The notes under the pieces are model-generated. The model did not search any database, had not been told where the DNA came from, and worked only from the letters and a program-made list of their open reading frames with translations. Source: an archaeon (lineage in GTDB: Archaea; Nanobdellota; Nanobdellia; Woesearchaeales; UBA9642). Taken from it: 24,448 nucleotides of DNA. The position numbers and the translations under genes were made by a program. The stretch is taken from positions 1-24,448 of the forward strand of contig JAZDHK010000035.1 in assembly GCA_043806035.1 (NCBI GenBank), read 5' to 3'. Numbering within the stretch: position 1 is the stretch's first letter; each line of letters begins with the position of its first letter. Shown here one piece after another: positions 7,824 to 15,561 of the stretch.

Positions 7824-8642
7824 TTAGGGTTTGAGGAAGGTGACGCTGGCTATGCTCGTTGCGATGCTCTTAGAATGCTTCTTGACAAAGCCCCAGCTCT
7901 TGTTGGGCACGTCGAAGACGGTGAGGAGATAGCAGATGACGACATATTCCGCAAAGACGGACGGGGAAGGAAGCTGCTTTGCATCAAAGAACTGGTCAGG
8001 CACGCTGTGATTGAAGACGGCAACACCGACGAACTCGGCAACGAACAGCGTAAGGAATCCGAACATGTCAAGATGCTTCAGTACAGGATTGCTCTTCTGC
8101 TGCTTCTTGACCAGAGCGGCAAAGTCTGTAGGAGCGTAGAAGTTGCCGTATTCCCGCAGGATGAGCGTTGCGTTCTCGTCGAGCAGCGCAAAATAGTCCT
8201 TTGTCGCGTTCTGGAACGTCCTCAAATCGATCTTTTTGTTGATGAATTGTTGTTCCCTATCCAGAAACTCCTTTTGGCGTGCCTGTACATTTGCGAAATA
8301 GGTCTCGAGCACGAAGAGATGCGCCTGCTGTCGTTTCCATTTTGTGTCGAGAGCGTTCAGCGCAGGAAGCATGCGTTTGTGTGCTTCAGCAATGATGGCG
8401 TACACGCCTCTCTCGCGATCGTTGATAATACGCAGCCCTTCATACGGATTGCCTTGCTCATATGCTGACGCCTTCCCAAATAGTCGCTTGAGCACGCCTG
8501 GCTTTTTTCCCGAAAGCACAGCATAGCAGGCCGCCCTTCTCGCATACAGCCCATCGTAGATGCGTATGGCCTGGCTCACTTTCTTTACAAGTTCAGAGAA
8601 ATCCTGCAGGAGACGAATCTGCTCTGCTGAGATGTCGGGCAT
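7824..8642 (-). CDS. Hypothetical helical protein with C-terminal hydrophobic segments
   Basis: Long ORF; TTTATAAA about 22 nt upstream of the ATG at 8642; two hydrophobic stretches near the C-terminus. Confidence 0.7.
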   Translation of the reverse strand: MPDISAEQIRLLQDFSELVKKVSQAIRIYDGLYARRAACYAVLSGKKPGVLKRLFGKASAYEQGNPYEGLRIINDRERGVYAIIAEAHKRMLPALNALDTKWKRQQAHLFVLETYFANVQARQKEFLDREQQFINKKIDLRTFQNATKDYFALLDENATLILREYGNFYAPTDFAALVKKQQKSNPVLKHLDMFGFLTLFVAEFVGVAVFNHSVPDQFFDAKQLPSPSVFAEYVVICYLLTVFDVPNKSWGFVKKHSKSIATSIASVTFLKP

Positions 8643-8725
8643 GCACGCATACTGCACAATACGATTTATAAACATTGCGTCAAATATTCATCATGTTTTT
8701 ATACGCTGCTGAATTCCCCTCACAC

Positions 8726-9997
8726 ATGGCAATCGACACGTTGGCATTCGTCATGGCAGGCGGCAGAGGAGAGCGCATGATGCCTCTTACTGAGAAGCGG
8801 GCAAAGCCTGCCGTTCCTTTCGGAGGCCATTTCAGGATTATTGACTTTGTCCTGAGCAATCTATACAATTCTGACGTTAGAGGCATTATCGTCGCAACGC
8901 AATGGAAGTCTGACTCATTGCACGTGCACTTGCGCAGAGGCTGGTATCCCCTTTTTGGCAATGGGCCGAGAGAGTTCATCCTCACAAAACCTGCCGTGCA
9001 GACGGGAAGCAACGAAGGCTGGTATGAAGGTACGGCTGATTCCATCATCAGACAAAAGAATCTCATCAAGGAATACTCGCTTAACGACGTCATGGTCTTC
9101 GGGGGAGATCACATCTACTTCATGGATGTGCAAAAATTTCATGACTTCCACGCAAAAACAGATGCTGCGGTCACCATCTGCGTCACGCGCATGCCCAGAA
9201 AAAAGGCGGCTGGAAAGTTCGGCGTTCTTGAAGTCGACGGTAACGGAAGAGTGGTTGGTTTTGAGGAAAAGCCGGACAATCCAAAATCCGTGCCTGGCGA
9301 TGAGAAGAACTGCCTCGTGAGCATGGGCAATTACTGCTTTGACACGAAAAACCTCCTCGCCGAGCTCGAGCACGATCAGGAGAAGGCATTGGCGCAGAGC
9401 AAGGAAGAATTCTTGAGTGACCCGAATAAATTCACGCTGCGTGACTTCGGTTACAATATCATTCCTTCCATGCTCGAATCAAAAGTGGTATACGCGTACG
9501 ACTTCTCACAGGAGCTCGTGCCCGGGCAGACAAAGCGCGAACGAGGATATTGGCGTGATGTAGGAAGCATAGATGACTATTTCAATGCAAATATGGAGAT
9601 ACGCAGTCCCGATCCCATCCTGAACCTGTACAATGCAGAATGGCCTCTTTACACCTACCTGCCAGCGCCCATCAATCCCGCGAAGCTCGTGCATGAGAAC
9701 ACGAGAGCCATAAACTCACTCGTGGGCATTAACATGATCCTCAGCGACTGCTACGTGCGAGACAGCGTGCTGGGCATGAATGGCAAGATTGAGGAAGGCG
9801 TGTCAATTGTTAAGTCTATCCTCATGGGACTGAATAAGATAGGACGAGGATCTCACATCAACAACACGATTATCGATAAGGACGTGAACATTCCTTCAAA
9901 CACCGTCATCGGCGAGGACAAGAAGTACGACAAAGAGCGAGGATTCACCGTCTCTCCCGGAGGGATAACCGTCGTGCCGAAAGGATACAAGTTCTGA
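8726..9997 (+). CDS. glgC: Glucose-1-phosphate adenylyltransferase (ADP-glucose pyrophosphorylase)
   Basis: MAGGRGERMMPLTEKRAKPAVPFGG, WYEGTAD, GDHIYFMD, FEEKP, SMGNY, DFG, YWRDVG, C-terminal beta-helix. Confidence 0.95.
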   Translation: MAIDTLAFVMAGGRGERMMPLTEKRAKPAVPFGGHFRIIDFVLSNLYNSDVRGIIVATQWKSDSLHVHLRRGWYPLFGNGPREFILTKPAVQTGSNEGWYEGTADSIIRQKNLIKEYSLNDVMVFGGDHIYFMDVQKFHDFHAKTDAAVTICVTRMPRKKAAGKFGVLEVDGNGRVVGFEEKPDNPKSVPGDEKNCLVSMGNYCFDTKNLLAELEHDQEKALAQSKEEFLSDPNKFTLRDFGYNIIPSMLESKVVYAYDFSQELVPGQTKRERGYWRDVGSIDDYFNANMEIRSPDPILNLYNAEWPLYTYLPAPINPAKLVHENTRAINSLVGINMILSDCYVRDSVLGMNGKIEEGVSIVKSILMGLNKIGRGSHINNTIIDKDVNIPSNTVIGEDKKYDKERGFTVSPGGITVVPKGYKF

Positions 9998-9999
9998 AG

Positions 10000-10013
10000 C
10001 AAAAATTTAAATG
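10000..10013 (+). promoter_or_regulatory. Archaeal BRE/TATA for the SPT-like gene (likely leaderless)
   Basis: CAAAAATTTAAATG ends 22 nt before the GTG start at 10036, the same spacing seen at many genes here. Confidence 0.55.
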
Positions 10014-10035
10014 TACATTCCCATTCCTTTCGTTC

Positions 10036-11229
10036 GTGGGTATCTTCGACAAGTGTTCTGACAGCAAGATCGTGAACAGTGAAAAAGTCATTCGTGCATT
10101 GGACATTTATCCATTCTTCATTCCCTTGCAATCAGAAACAGACAGCACGGTCATGATAGACGGAAAGAAAAAAATCATGCTCGGATCGAACAACTATGCA
10201 GGTTTGACGAACGATCCTCGTGTAAAGGAAGCGGCAATACGCGCCATCGAGAAGTATGGAAGCGGCTGTACTGGGTCTCGGTTGATGAACGGCACGCTGG
10301 ACATCCATATTGAGTTGGAGGAAAAGCTCGCAAAGGCCATGCAGAAAGAGGCAGCCCTAGTTTACAGCACTGGCTTCCAGACGAATCTAGGAACTATCTC
10401 CACACTCGTCGGCAGGGACGACTGCGTCATTATTGACAGGGCAGACCATGCCAGTATCGTAGATGCGTGTAGGCTCTCTTTCGGAGATGTGCTCAGATTC
10501 AAGCATAATGACATGGACGATCTCGAACGAATGCTCACCTCCGGCAAAAAATACAAAGGCAGGCTCGTTGTTGTCGATGGCATTTTCAGCATGGAGGGAG
10601 ACATTGCAAAACTCCCCGAGATAGTCTCGTTATGCAGGCAGTATGATGTGCAGCTCATGGTCGATGACGCGCACAGCATAGGCGTGCTGGGAAAAAACGG
10701 CATGGGCACGGCAGAGCATTTCAACCTCGTTGATAACGTCGATATCATCATGGGGACGTTCAGCAAGTCCTTTGCGAGCATCGGCGGCTTCATCGCAGCC
10801 AAGAAACACGTTGTTGATTACGTCAAGCACACCTCTCGTGCATTTCTTTTCAGTGCAAGCATACCTCCCGCGGCAGCGGCGACAGCATTAACGACGCTGG
10901 ATATCATCCAGAACGAACCGGAACGCAGAACTCGCCTCTGGGAAATAACGCAGTACATGAAAAAAGCGTTCACGGACATGGGATATGATACAGGCATGAG
11001 TGCAAGCCCCATCATCCCCGTCATCATCGGCGAGGACATCGCGACGTTCACGTTCTGGAAAGCAATATACGAAAAAGGCGTATTCACGAATCCCGTCATC
11101 AGTCCCGCCGTGCCTGAAGGAACGGCTCGTTTGAGAACGAGCTACATGGCGACGCACAAGGATGACGAATTGAACAGAGCCTTGGAAATATTCTACAAAA
11201 CAGGAAAGGAGTTCGGTATCGTTCGATAA
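10036..11229 (+). CDS. PLP-dependent alpha-oxoamine synthase, serine palmitoyltransferase-like
   Basis: GSNNYAGL, GSRLMNGT, YSTGFQTNLG, DHASIVD, DGIFSMEGD, DDAH, PLP lysine in GTFSKS, FLFSAS. Confidence 0.85.
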   Translation: MGIFDKCSDSKIVNSEKVIRALDIYPFFIPLQSETDSTVMIDGKKKIMLGSNNYAGLTNDPRVKEAAIRAIEKYGSGCTGSRLMNGTLDIHIELEEKLAKAMQKEAALVYSTGFQTNLGTISTLVGRDDCVIIDRADHASIVDACRLSFGDVLRFKHNDMDDLERMLTSGKKYKGRLVVVDGIFSMEGDIAKLPEIVSLCRQYDVQLMVDDAHSIGVLGKNGMGTAEHFNLVDNVDIIMGTFSKSFASIGGFIAAKKHVVDYVKHTSRAFLFSASIPPAAAATALTTLDIIQNEPERRTRLWEITQYMKKAFTDMGYDTGMSASPIIPVIIGEDIATFTFWKAIYEKGVFTNPVISPAVPEGTARLRTSYMATHKDDELNRALEIFYKTGKEFGIVR

Positions 11230-11244
11230 GATTCTGCTTATCGA
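11223..11244 (+). terminator. Hairpin overlapping the SPT-like stop codon
   Basis: TCGATAAG-N6-CTTATCGA perfect 8-bp stem; function inferred only. Confidence 0.35.
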
Positions 11245-11262
11245 GGCATCATGAGTGTGTGC

Positions 11263-11285
11263 AGTTTGTTTCAGAACATGCGTTG
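11263..11285. repeat. Direct repeat of tRNA-Gly 3' end plus downstream flank (att-like)
   Basis: AGTTTGTTTCAGAACATGCGTTG versus AGTTTGTTTCAGAACCTGCGTCG at 13138-13160, 21/23 identical. Confidence 0.75.
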
Positions 11286-11374
11286 GACATAGAGCTTTCC
11301 AGAAAACACCATCTTCGAAAATCTTCCGGTTTTTTCTTGATAACGCTTTAATTGAATCGCAGCATATTTAAACT

Positions 11375-11698
11375 ATGAACTGCAGGGATACTTTGGTTGA
11401 GAAATTAGCCAAGTATAGTGACGTCGTCATAACACAGCATGCGCTCGAACAGGCAGTGTTTAGGAATATCAGCCTGGAAGAGGTCAGAAGAAACATCCTG
11501 CATCCGGAAAGATTAGTGTTTGCAGGTAAACAAGAAGCAGAACATCCTGACGAGGAAAAGTATGACTGTTATTTCGAGTACAGCAAAACGAGATGCCACC
11601 GGTACGTGCTGGTCATCAATGCCACCTGTATCGTGTGTACCATTATCAAAATCAACAAGAGATGGCAAAAGAAAGTTGAGAAATATGCGAAGCATTAA
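11375..11698 (+). CDS. DUF4258-like (RelE/BrnT-fold) putative toxin
   Basis: ITQHALEQAVFRNISLEEV...YDCYF...IVCTI pattern; overlaps the downstream partner gene. Confidence 0.7.
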   Translation: MNCRDTLVEKLAKYSDVVITQHALEQAVFRNISLEEVRRNILHPERLVFAGKQEAEHPDEEKYDCYFEYSKTRCHRYVLVINATCIVCTIIKINKRWQKKVEKYAKH

Positions 11699-12038
11699 CT
11701 TCAGCTATGATACTGACCAGGACGACCTCCTATTGCATTATGCATCCTGCCAATCCAAAGGCAGTGTTGAGATCGGAGATCTCATCATCGATTATGACTC
11801 AAAAAATGAGTTTGTTGGTTTGCAGCTCATGCATGCATCAGCATTCATCAAGGCCTGCTGCAATGAGAACGAAATCGTCATTAAAACCGTGCTGAGCACG
11901 TTGCAATCTGCACGGCTCGAAACGACGAAGAGAAATAACCTGCTCATCATCAAACTTGTTCTTGTCGGCAAAAACAAAGAAATATCTTCCGTGCTGACCT
12001 TGCCAAGCATCACGCAGGAGAATCCTGCATTAGGTTAA
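11685..12038 (+). CDS. DUF2283-like putative antitoxin
   Basis: ATG at 11685; FSYDTDQDDLLL...GDLIIDYDSKNEFVGLQLMHAS matches the DUF2283 pattern. Confidence 0.8.
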   Translation: MRSINFSYDTDQDDLLLHYASCQSKGSVEIGDLIIDYDSKNEFVGLQLMHASAFIKACCNENEIVIKTVLSTLQSARLETTKRNNLLIIKLVLVGKNKEISSVLTLPSITQENPALG

Positions 12039-12069
12039 GCGCGTTGAGCGAGCACACAACTGCTCTCAC

Positions 12070-12207
12070 CTAACCCTTTATGGTGATGCCTACCTTCTTG
12101 TGGCAGCGTTCGTGTTCCTTATCGTCCTTCTCGTCGTACTCCTTGTGCTTTCTATGCCACGCATCATGCTCTTTACGGGTAATGACCATGTTCTTCTTTT
12201 TGTCCAT
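12070..12207 (-). CDS. His-rich microprotein (45 aa)
   Basis: Manual translation MDKKKNMVITRKEHDAWHRKHKEYDEKDDKEHERCHKKVGITIKG; TTTATAAG 22 nt upstream. Confidence 0.7.
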   Translation of the reverse strand: MDKKKNMVITRKEHDAWHRKHKEYDEKDDKEHERCHKKVGITIKG

Positions 12208-12266
12208 GGCTGTTCACATGTTTGTAGAGCTTATAAATCTTATGCACGGCAACTACTGCGTCTCTC

Positions 12267-12662
12267 TCAATGCCTTTTTCTGCTGTGCCGTTGAGATCGT
12301 TTGCGTTTCTTGAACCAGCCAATGAGAAACAGAATTCCTATAAGAAGTGCTGGGCCAGCAATAAATAGTGACCAGGAAATCATGTACCACGCAAATGCTT
12401 TGTCCAGGACTAGCATCGTCATATACAATAATCCTGACAGAATGAAAGCAATGCCCCCCACAATTTCATGTTTCCATGAGATGAGCAGAACGATCAATAA
12501 CATAAATGCGGGGATGTTGTGCATGAACAAACCGAGGACAGTTCCCCAGAAGCCCAGCTGCATGTCAAAAATATCCAAGGAGAAGAACATCAAGAACAAA
12601 ATGAAGGCTATCGACAAGATTCTCGGCGTCCAGTAAATGAATGTGTTGCCCTTTTTGTCCAT
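12267..12662 (-). CDS. Four-TM hypothetical membrane protein
   Basis: WTPRILSIAFILFLMFFSLDIF...LFMHNIP; four hydrophobic helices and a basic tail; TATA about 23 nt upstream. Confidence 0.85.
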   Translation of the reverse strand: MDKKGNTFIYWTPRILSIAFILFLMFFSLDIFDMQLGFWGTVLGLFMHNIPAFMLLIVLLISWKHEIVGGIAFILSGLLYMTMLVLDKAFAWYMISWSLFIAGPALLIGILFLIGWFKKRKRSQRHSRKRH

Positions 12663-12788
12663 GCTGCGTCATTAGAGAGTACGTATATTTAAAATACGTT
12701 ATTTTACCTATGCAATTCCAGAATGCGTCGAACGAAACGCCCATTACACGTTAGATTTTCAACGGACAACGGTCAAGAAAGAGCTCCA

Positions 12789-13106
12789 TTATTTTTTTGG
12801 AGCATAGCCCTTTGCCTTGTACACATACTCCTTGCCAGGAACGCGTAAATACGTCAGTTCAAGAGAAGCAGTCACGACATCATTTGGTTCTGGCTTCTGC
12901 CCGATAAAGTCAGTAAGCTTGCTCGGCATCATCTGAAATCCCACCTCGAGCACATCTCCAACCCACAACGTCCTTGCCACAACATCGCTCAAATCAACAG
13001 AATACTCTCCGTACGCGCAGCCCAGCACTATCTTTCTCCTGACGCCATCGCCTTTCTCGATCCGCTCAACAGAAGCCAATAAATGTTCAATCTTGTTTTT
13101 CGACAT
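12789..13106 (-). CDS. Hypothetical beta-rich protein
   Basis: ORF 12789-13124; the ATG at 13106 fits TTTATATA (13138-13131) spacing better. Confidence 0.6.
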   Translation of the reverse strand: MSKNKIEHLLASVERIEKGDGVRRKIVLGCAYGEYSVDLSDVVARTLWVGDVLEVGFQMMPSKLTDFIGQKPEPNDVVTASLELTYLRVPGKEYVYKAKGYAPKK

Positions 13107-13153
13107 CCCAAGATGAGGCATCATAGTAAGTATATAAAGTTTGTTTCAGAACC

Positions 13154-13249
13154 TGCGTCGAGCGGGAATCGAACCCGCGACACCGCCTCTTTGCACACCA
13201 CTCGCGTGGCACGTGGCAAGGCGGAATTATACCATTTAACTATCGACGC
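13154..13249 (-). tRNA. tRNA-Gly(GCC) with a 25-nt intron at 37/38 (intron 13189-13213); CCA not encoded
   Basis: Acceptor GCGTCGA/TCGACGC+A, anticodon stem CCGCC/GGCGG, loop TTGCCA^A, T-arm GCGGG-TTCGATT-CCCGC; bulge-helix-bulge formed by TTGC/GCAA with CAC and AGA bulges. Confidence 0.95.
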
Positions 13250-13322
13250 ATAACGTTCGAGATGAACGTTTTATTTATATAGATTACGAAATTATTTAAA
13301 CAGCCTCACCCGATAGAAAACT

Positions 13323-14240
13323 ATGACAAACAAAGCCAAAATCGTTTTCATCGTCATGCTCGTCCTGCTCTGCAGCTGCACTCCGCAACAGAGTCTGCAT
13401 TCCCGGCAAGAAGCCATTCCAGAAACAGCAGTGAAGATAACGCCCGATATGGACAGCAACCCACCGCAATCATTTTCTGATGAGTATGCTGACCCAGTGC
13501 CAATTCCAGTCATCGACACGGCAGGAGCAGAAGATTCTGCATTCATCATGCCTGACGGGAAAACGCTGTACTTTTTCTTCACTCCCGATGTCAATGTTCC
13601 TGTGGAACGACAACTCTTTGACGGCAGCACCGGCATATACGTGGCAAGAAAAACGAACGGTTGGAGCGAACCAGAGCGAGTACTGTTGCAGGACAAAGGA
13701 AAGCTCTCGCTTGACGGCTGTGCCTTCATCCAAGACAAGAGTATGTGGTTCTGCTCCGCACGTGAAGGATATACGGGCTTGCACTGGTTCACTACAGTAC
13801 TCAAAGATAACAAATGGCAGAACTGGAAGAACACTGATTTCCCCGCATCATACGAGGTTGGCGAGTTACACATGACTGCTGACGAGCTTTACTTCCACTC
13901 AAGCAGAGCCGGAGGGAAAGGAGGATTGGACATTTGGGTGTCAAAAAAAGTGAATGGAGCATGGTCTGAGCCAGAGAATGTTGCCAACGTCAACTCTGCA
14001 GGCGACGAGGGCTGGCCCTGCATCAGCCCCGATGGGAAAGAATTATGGTTTTCAAAAGAATACAGTGTCTGGAGGTCGAAGAGCATAAACAGCATCTGGG
14101 CAGCACCAGAACGCATGTTCGGGCCGCTTGTAGGCGAACCATCACTTGACGCCGCAGGGAATGTGTACTTCACCCACCACTTCTACAGGAACAACACTAT
14201 GCTCGAGGCGGACATTTACATTGCAGAAAAGAAACACTAG
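13323..14240 (+). CDS. PD40/TolB-like beta-propeller lipoprotein
   Basis: LLCSC lipobox; repeats PDGKTLYFF, DELYFHSSRAGGKGGLDIWVS, NSAGDEGWPCISPDGKELWF. Confidence 0.85.
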   Translation: MTNKAKIVFIVMLVLLCSCTPQQSLHSRQEAIPETAVKITPDMDSNPPQSFSDEYADPVPIPVIDTAGAEDSAFIMPDGKTLYFFFTPDVNVPVERQLFDGSTGIYVARKTNGWSEPERVLLQDKGKLSLDGCAFIQDKSMWFCSAREGYTGLHWFTTVLKDNKWQNWKNTDFPASYEVGELHMTADELYFHSSRAGGKGGLDIWVSKKVNGAWSEPENVANVNSAGDEGWPCISPDGKELWFSKEYSVWRSKSINSIWAAPERMFGPLVGEPSLDAAGNVYFTHHFYRNNTMLEADIYIAEKKH

Positions 14241-14773
14241 TATGTTATCTGCACAAATTCCCCGTTCTCGACATTGCGGGAAAGCATCTGCTCATTCGTC
14301 CATTGCTCAATGAGGCCGAGCGCGATCTGGATGGGCTCTCGGTGCGTCACCACGAGTACGCAATTCTTTTCTGTCTTCTGCACGGACTGCAAAAACTCTT
14401 GAACACGCAGTTTCTCCTCTTCAAAGCTCTCTCCGCAGGGAAGCTTGCCTGTCCACTTGTCCGACATCTCTTCATAGAGGGCAACTAATTGTGGGTCGGG
14501 CATGCTTTCAACACCGTGATTTCTGTCCTGCAGTCGCTCATCGACGGTGATGGGGAGATTGTGCGGTTCGTTGATGATGTGCGCCGTTTCCAGGGCACGC
14601 ATGAACGGACTAGCATACACTGCCTGGAAGGGCACGTTCCGTAACTTTCTTGCAGTCTGCTCTGCCTGCTCCCTGCCTTTCAGAGTAAGCGGTGCATGGT
14701 TATTGGAAGAATCATACGTCATGTTGAGCACGTTGTTCATCGTCTCGCCGTGCCTGACAAAATAGACGTCCAT
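14237..14773 (-). CDS. Histidine phosphatase superfamily protein
   Basis: FVRHGET, LTLKGREQA, ASPFMRALETA, GES, VLVVTH. Confidence 0.9.
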   Translation of the reverse strand: MDVYFVRHGETMNNVLNMTYDSSNNHAPLTLKGREQAEQTARKLRNVPFQAVYASPFMRALETAHIINEPHNLPITVDERLQDRNHGVESMPDPQLVALYEEMSDKWTGKLPCGESFEEEKLRVQEFLQSVQKTEKNCVLVVTHREPIQIALGLIEQWTNEQMLSRNVENGEFVQITY

Positions 14774-14796
14774 GCTTTGCAAAAAAAAGCAGCAGC

Positions 14797-14804
14797 ATTA
14801 AATA
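14797..14804. promoter_or_regulatory. Single AT box centred between divergent starts (candidate bidirectional TATA)
   Basis: ATTAAATA lies 23 nt from the ATG at 14773 (-) and 21 nt from the ATG at 14826 (+). Confidence 0.5.
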
Positions 14805-14825
14805 CTTTGTTGTTTCAAACACGGC

Positions 14826-14984
14826 ATGGACCTGAAAAAAGAAGGCAGTTATGCCATCTTCTGCCCGCGATGCAACTCAACAAGAATCTTTCCTGCAGCA
14901 GGAGGCATGACAGGAACGTATCAGTGCCAGGACTGCGGGTATTGCGGCAGTCTTGTCATTGAGAAGACGTTCAGGAAAGGCTAA
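14826..14984 (+). CDS. Zinc-ribbon microprotein (52 aa)
   Basis: Manual translation MDLKKEGSYAIFCPRCNSTRIFPAAGGMTGTYQCQDCGYCGSLVIEKTFRKG: CxxC-x17-CxxCGY. Confidence 0.8.
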   Translation: MDLKKEGSYAIFCPRCNSTRIFPAAGGMTGTYQCQDCGYCGSLVIEKTFRKG

Positions 14985-15493
14985 GCGTACGTTCTGCGAA
15001 CCGTTTCAAAATGCTTGATATCGTCAGGTGTTCTCCTCTTGTACACGCGCAGCCGCTCCTCCTTTGTTTTTACGTGATTGAACGGCGTTATGTAGAGGAC
15101 GTCATCATACCCCATCTCCTTGATAACTACCATTATGCTGTCCTGCTCCTGCTTGTTGACGATGCATTCCAGCTCGCTCACTGCATTGCCGTTACCATCT
15201 TCAAATGTCTTGTAGCCAGTGATGTAGCCTTGCACGAATGCCGTCTTTCCATCAGCATAGTCCCCGAGGATGATTGTCGCATCGACGTAGAGCACGTTCT
15301 TGCTACCAACTTCGATGGTGTAGTCTGGGCAGAAGTCGGGATTGTGAATGTATTCGTAGGAGAGATCCTGAGGAATTGTCTGGACGGAGTCCTGTGGCGT
15401 TTCCTGTTGATTCTCACGCAGGTTTGGACTGTACGTGGAGAACGATATGAGCACTGCTGTGCAGCCCAGGGCAAGGACAATGGCAGGTCTCAT
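14981..15493 (-). CDS. Hypothetical secreted or membrane-anchored protein
   Basis: N-terminal hydrophobic signal; TTTAAATA about 22 nt upstream. Confidence 0.7.
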   Translation of the reverse strand: MRPAIVLALGCTAVLISFSTYSPNLRENQQETPQDSVQTIPQDLSYEYIHNPDFCPDYTIEVGSKNVLYVDATIILGDYADGKTAFVQGYITGYKTFEDGNGNAVSELECIVNKQEQDSIMVVIKEMGYDDVLYITPFNHVKTKEERLRVYKRRTPDDIKHFETVRRTYA

Positions 15494-15561
15494 GCAGCGA
15501 AAAATCCTCGAGCATATTTAAATCTATCTCTGATCACTAACTAGTCAATACGACAACGCTC

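Noticed and set aside
7701-8468. 255-aa plus-strand ORF
   Set aside because: Antisense to two minus-strand genes that have properly spaced TATA boxes; composition typical of a shadow ORF.
10036-11229. Plain bioF or kbl annotation
   Set aside because: The PLP-lysine motif and overall pattern fit the SPT-like branch better, and no biotin or threonine dehydrogenase genes are adjacent; not excluded without a phylogeny.
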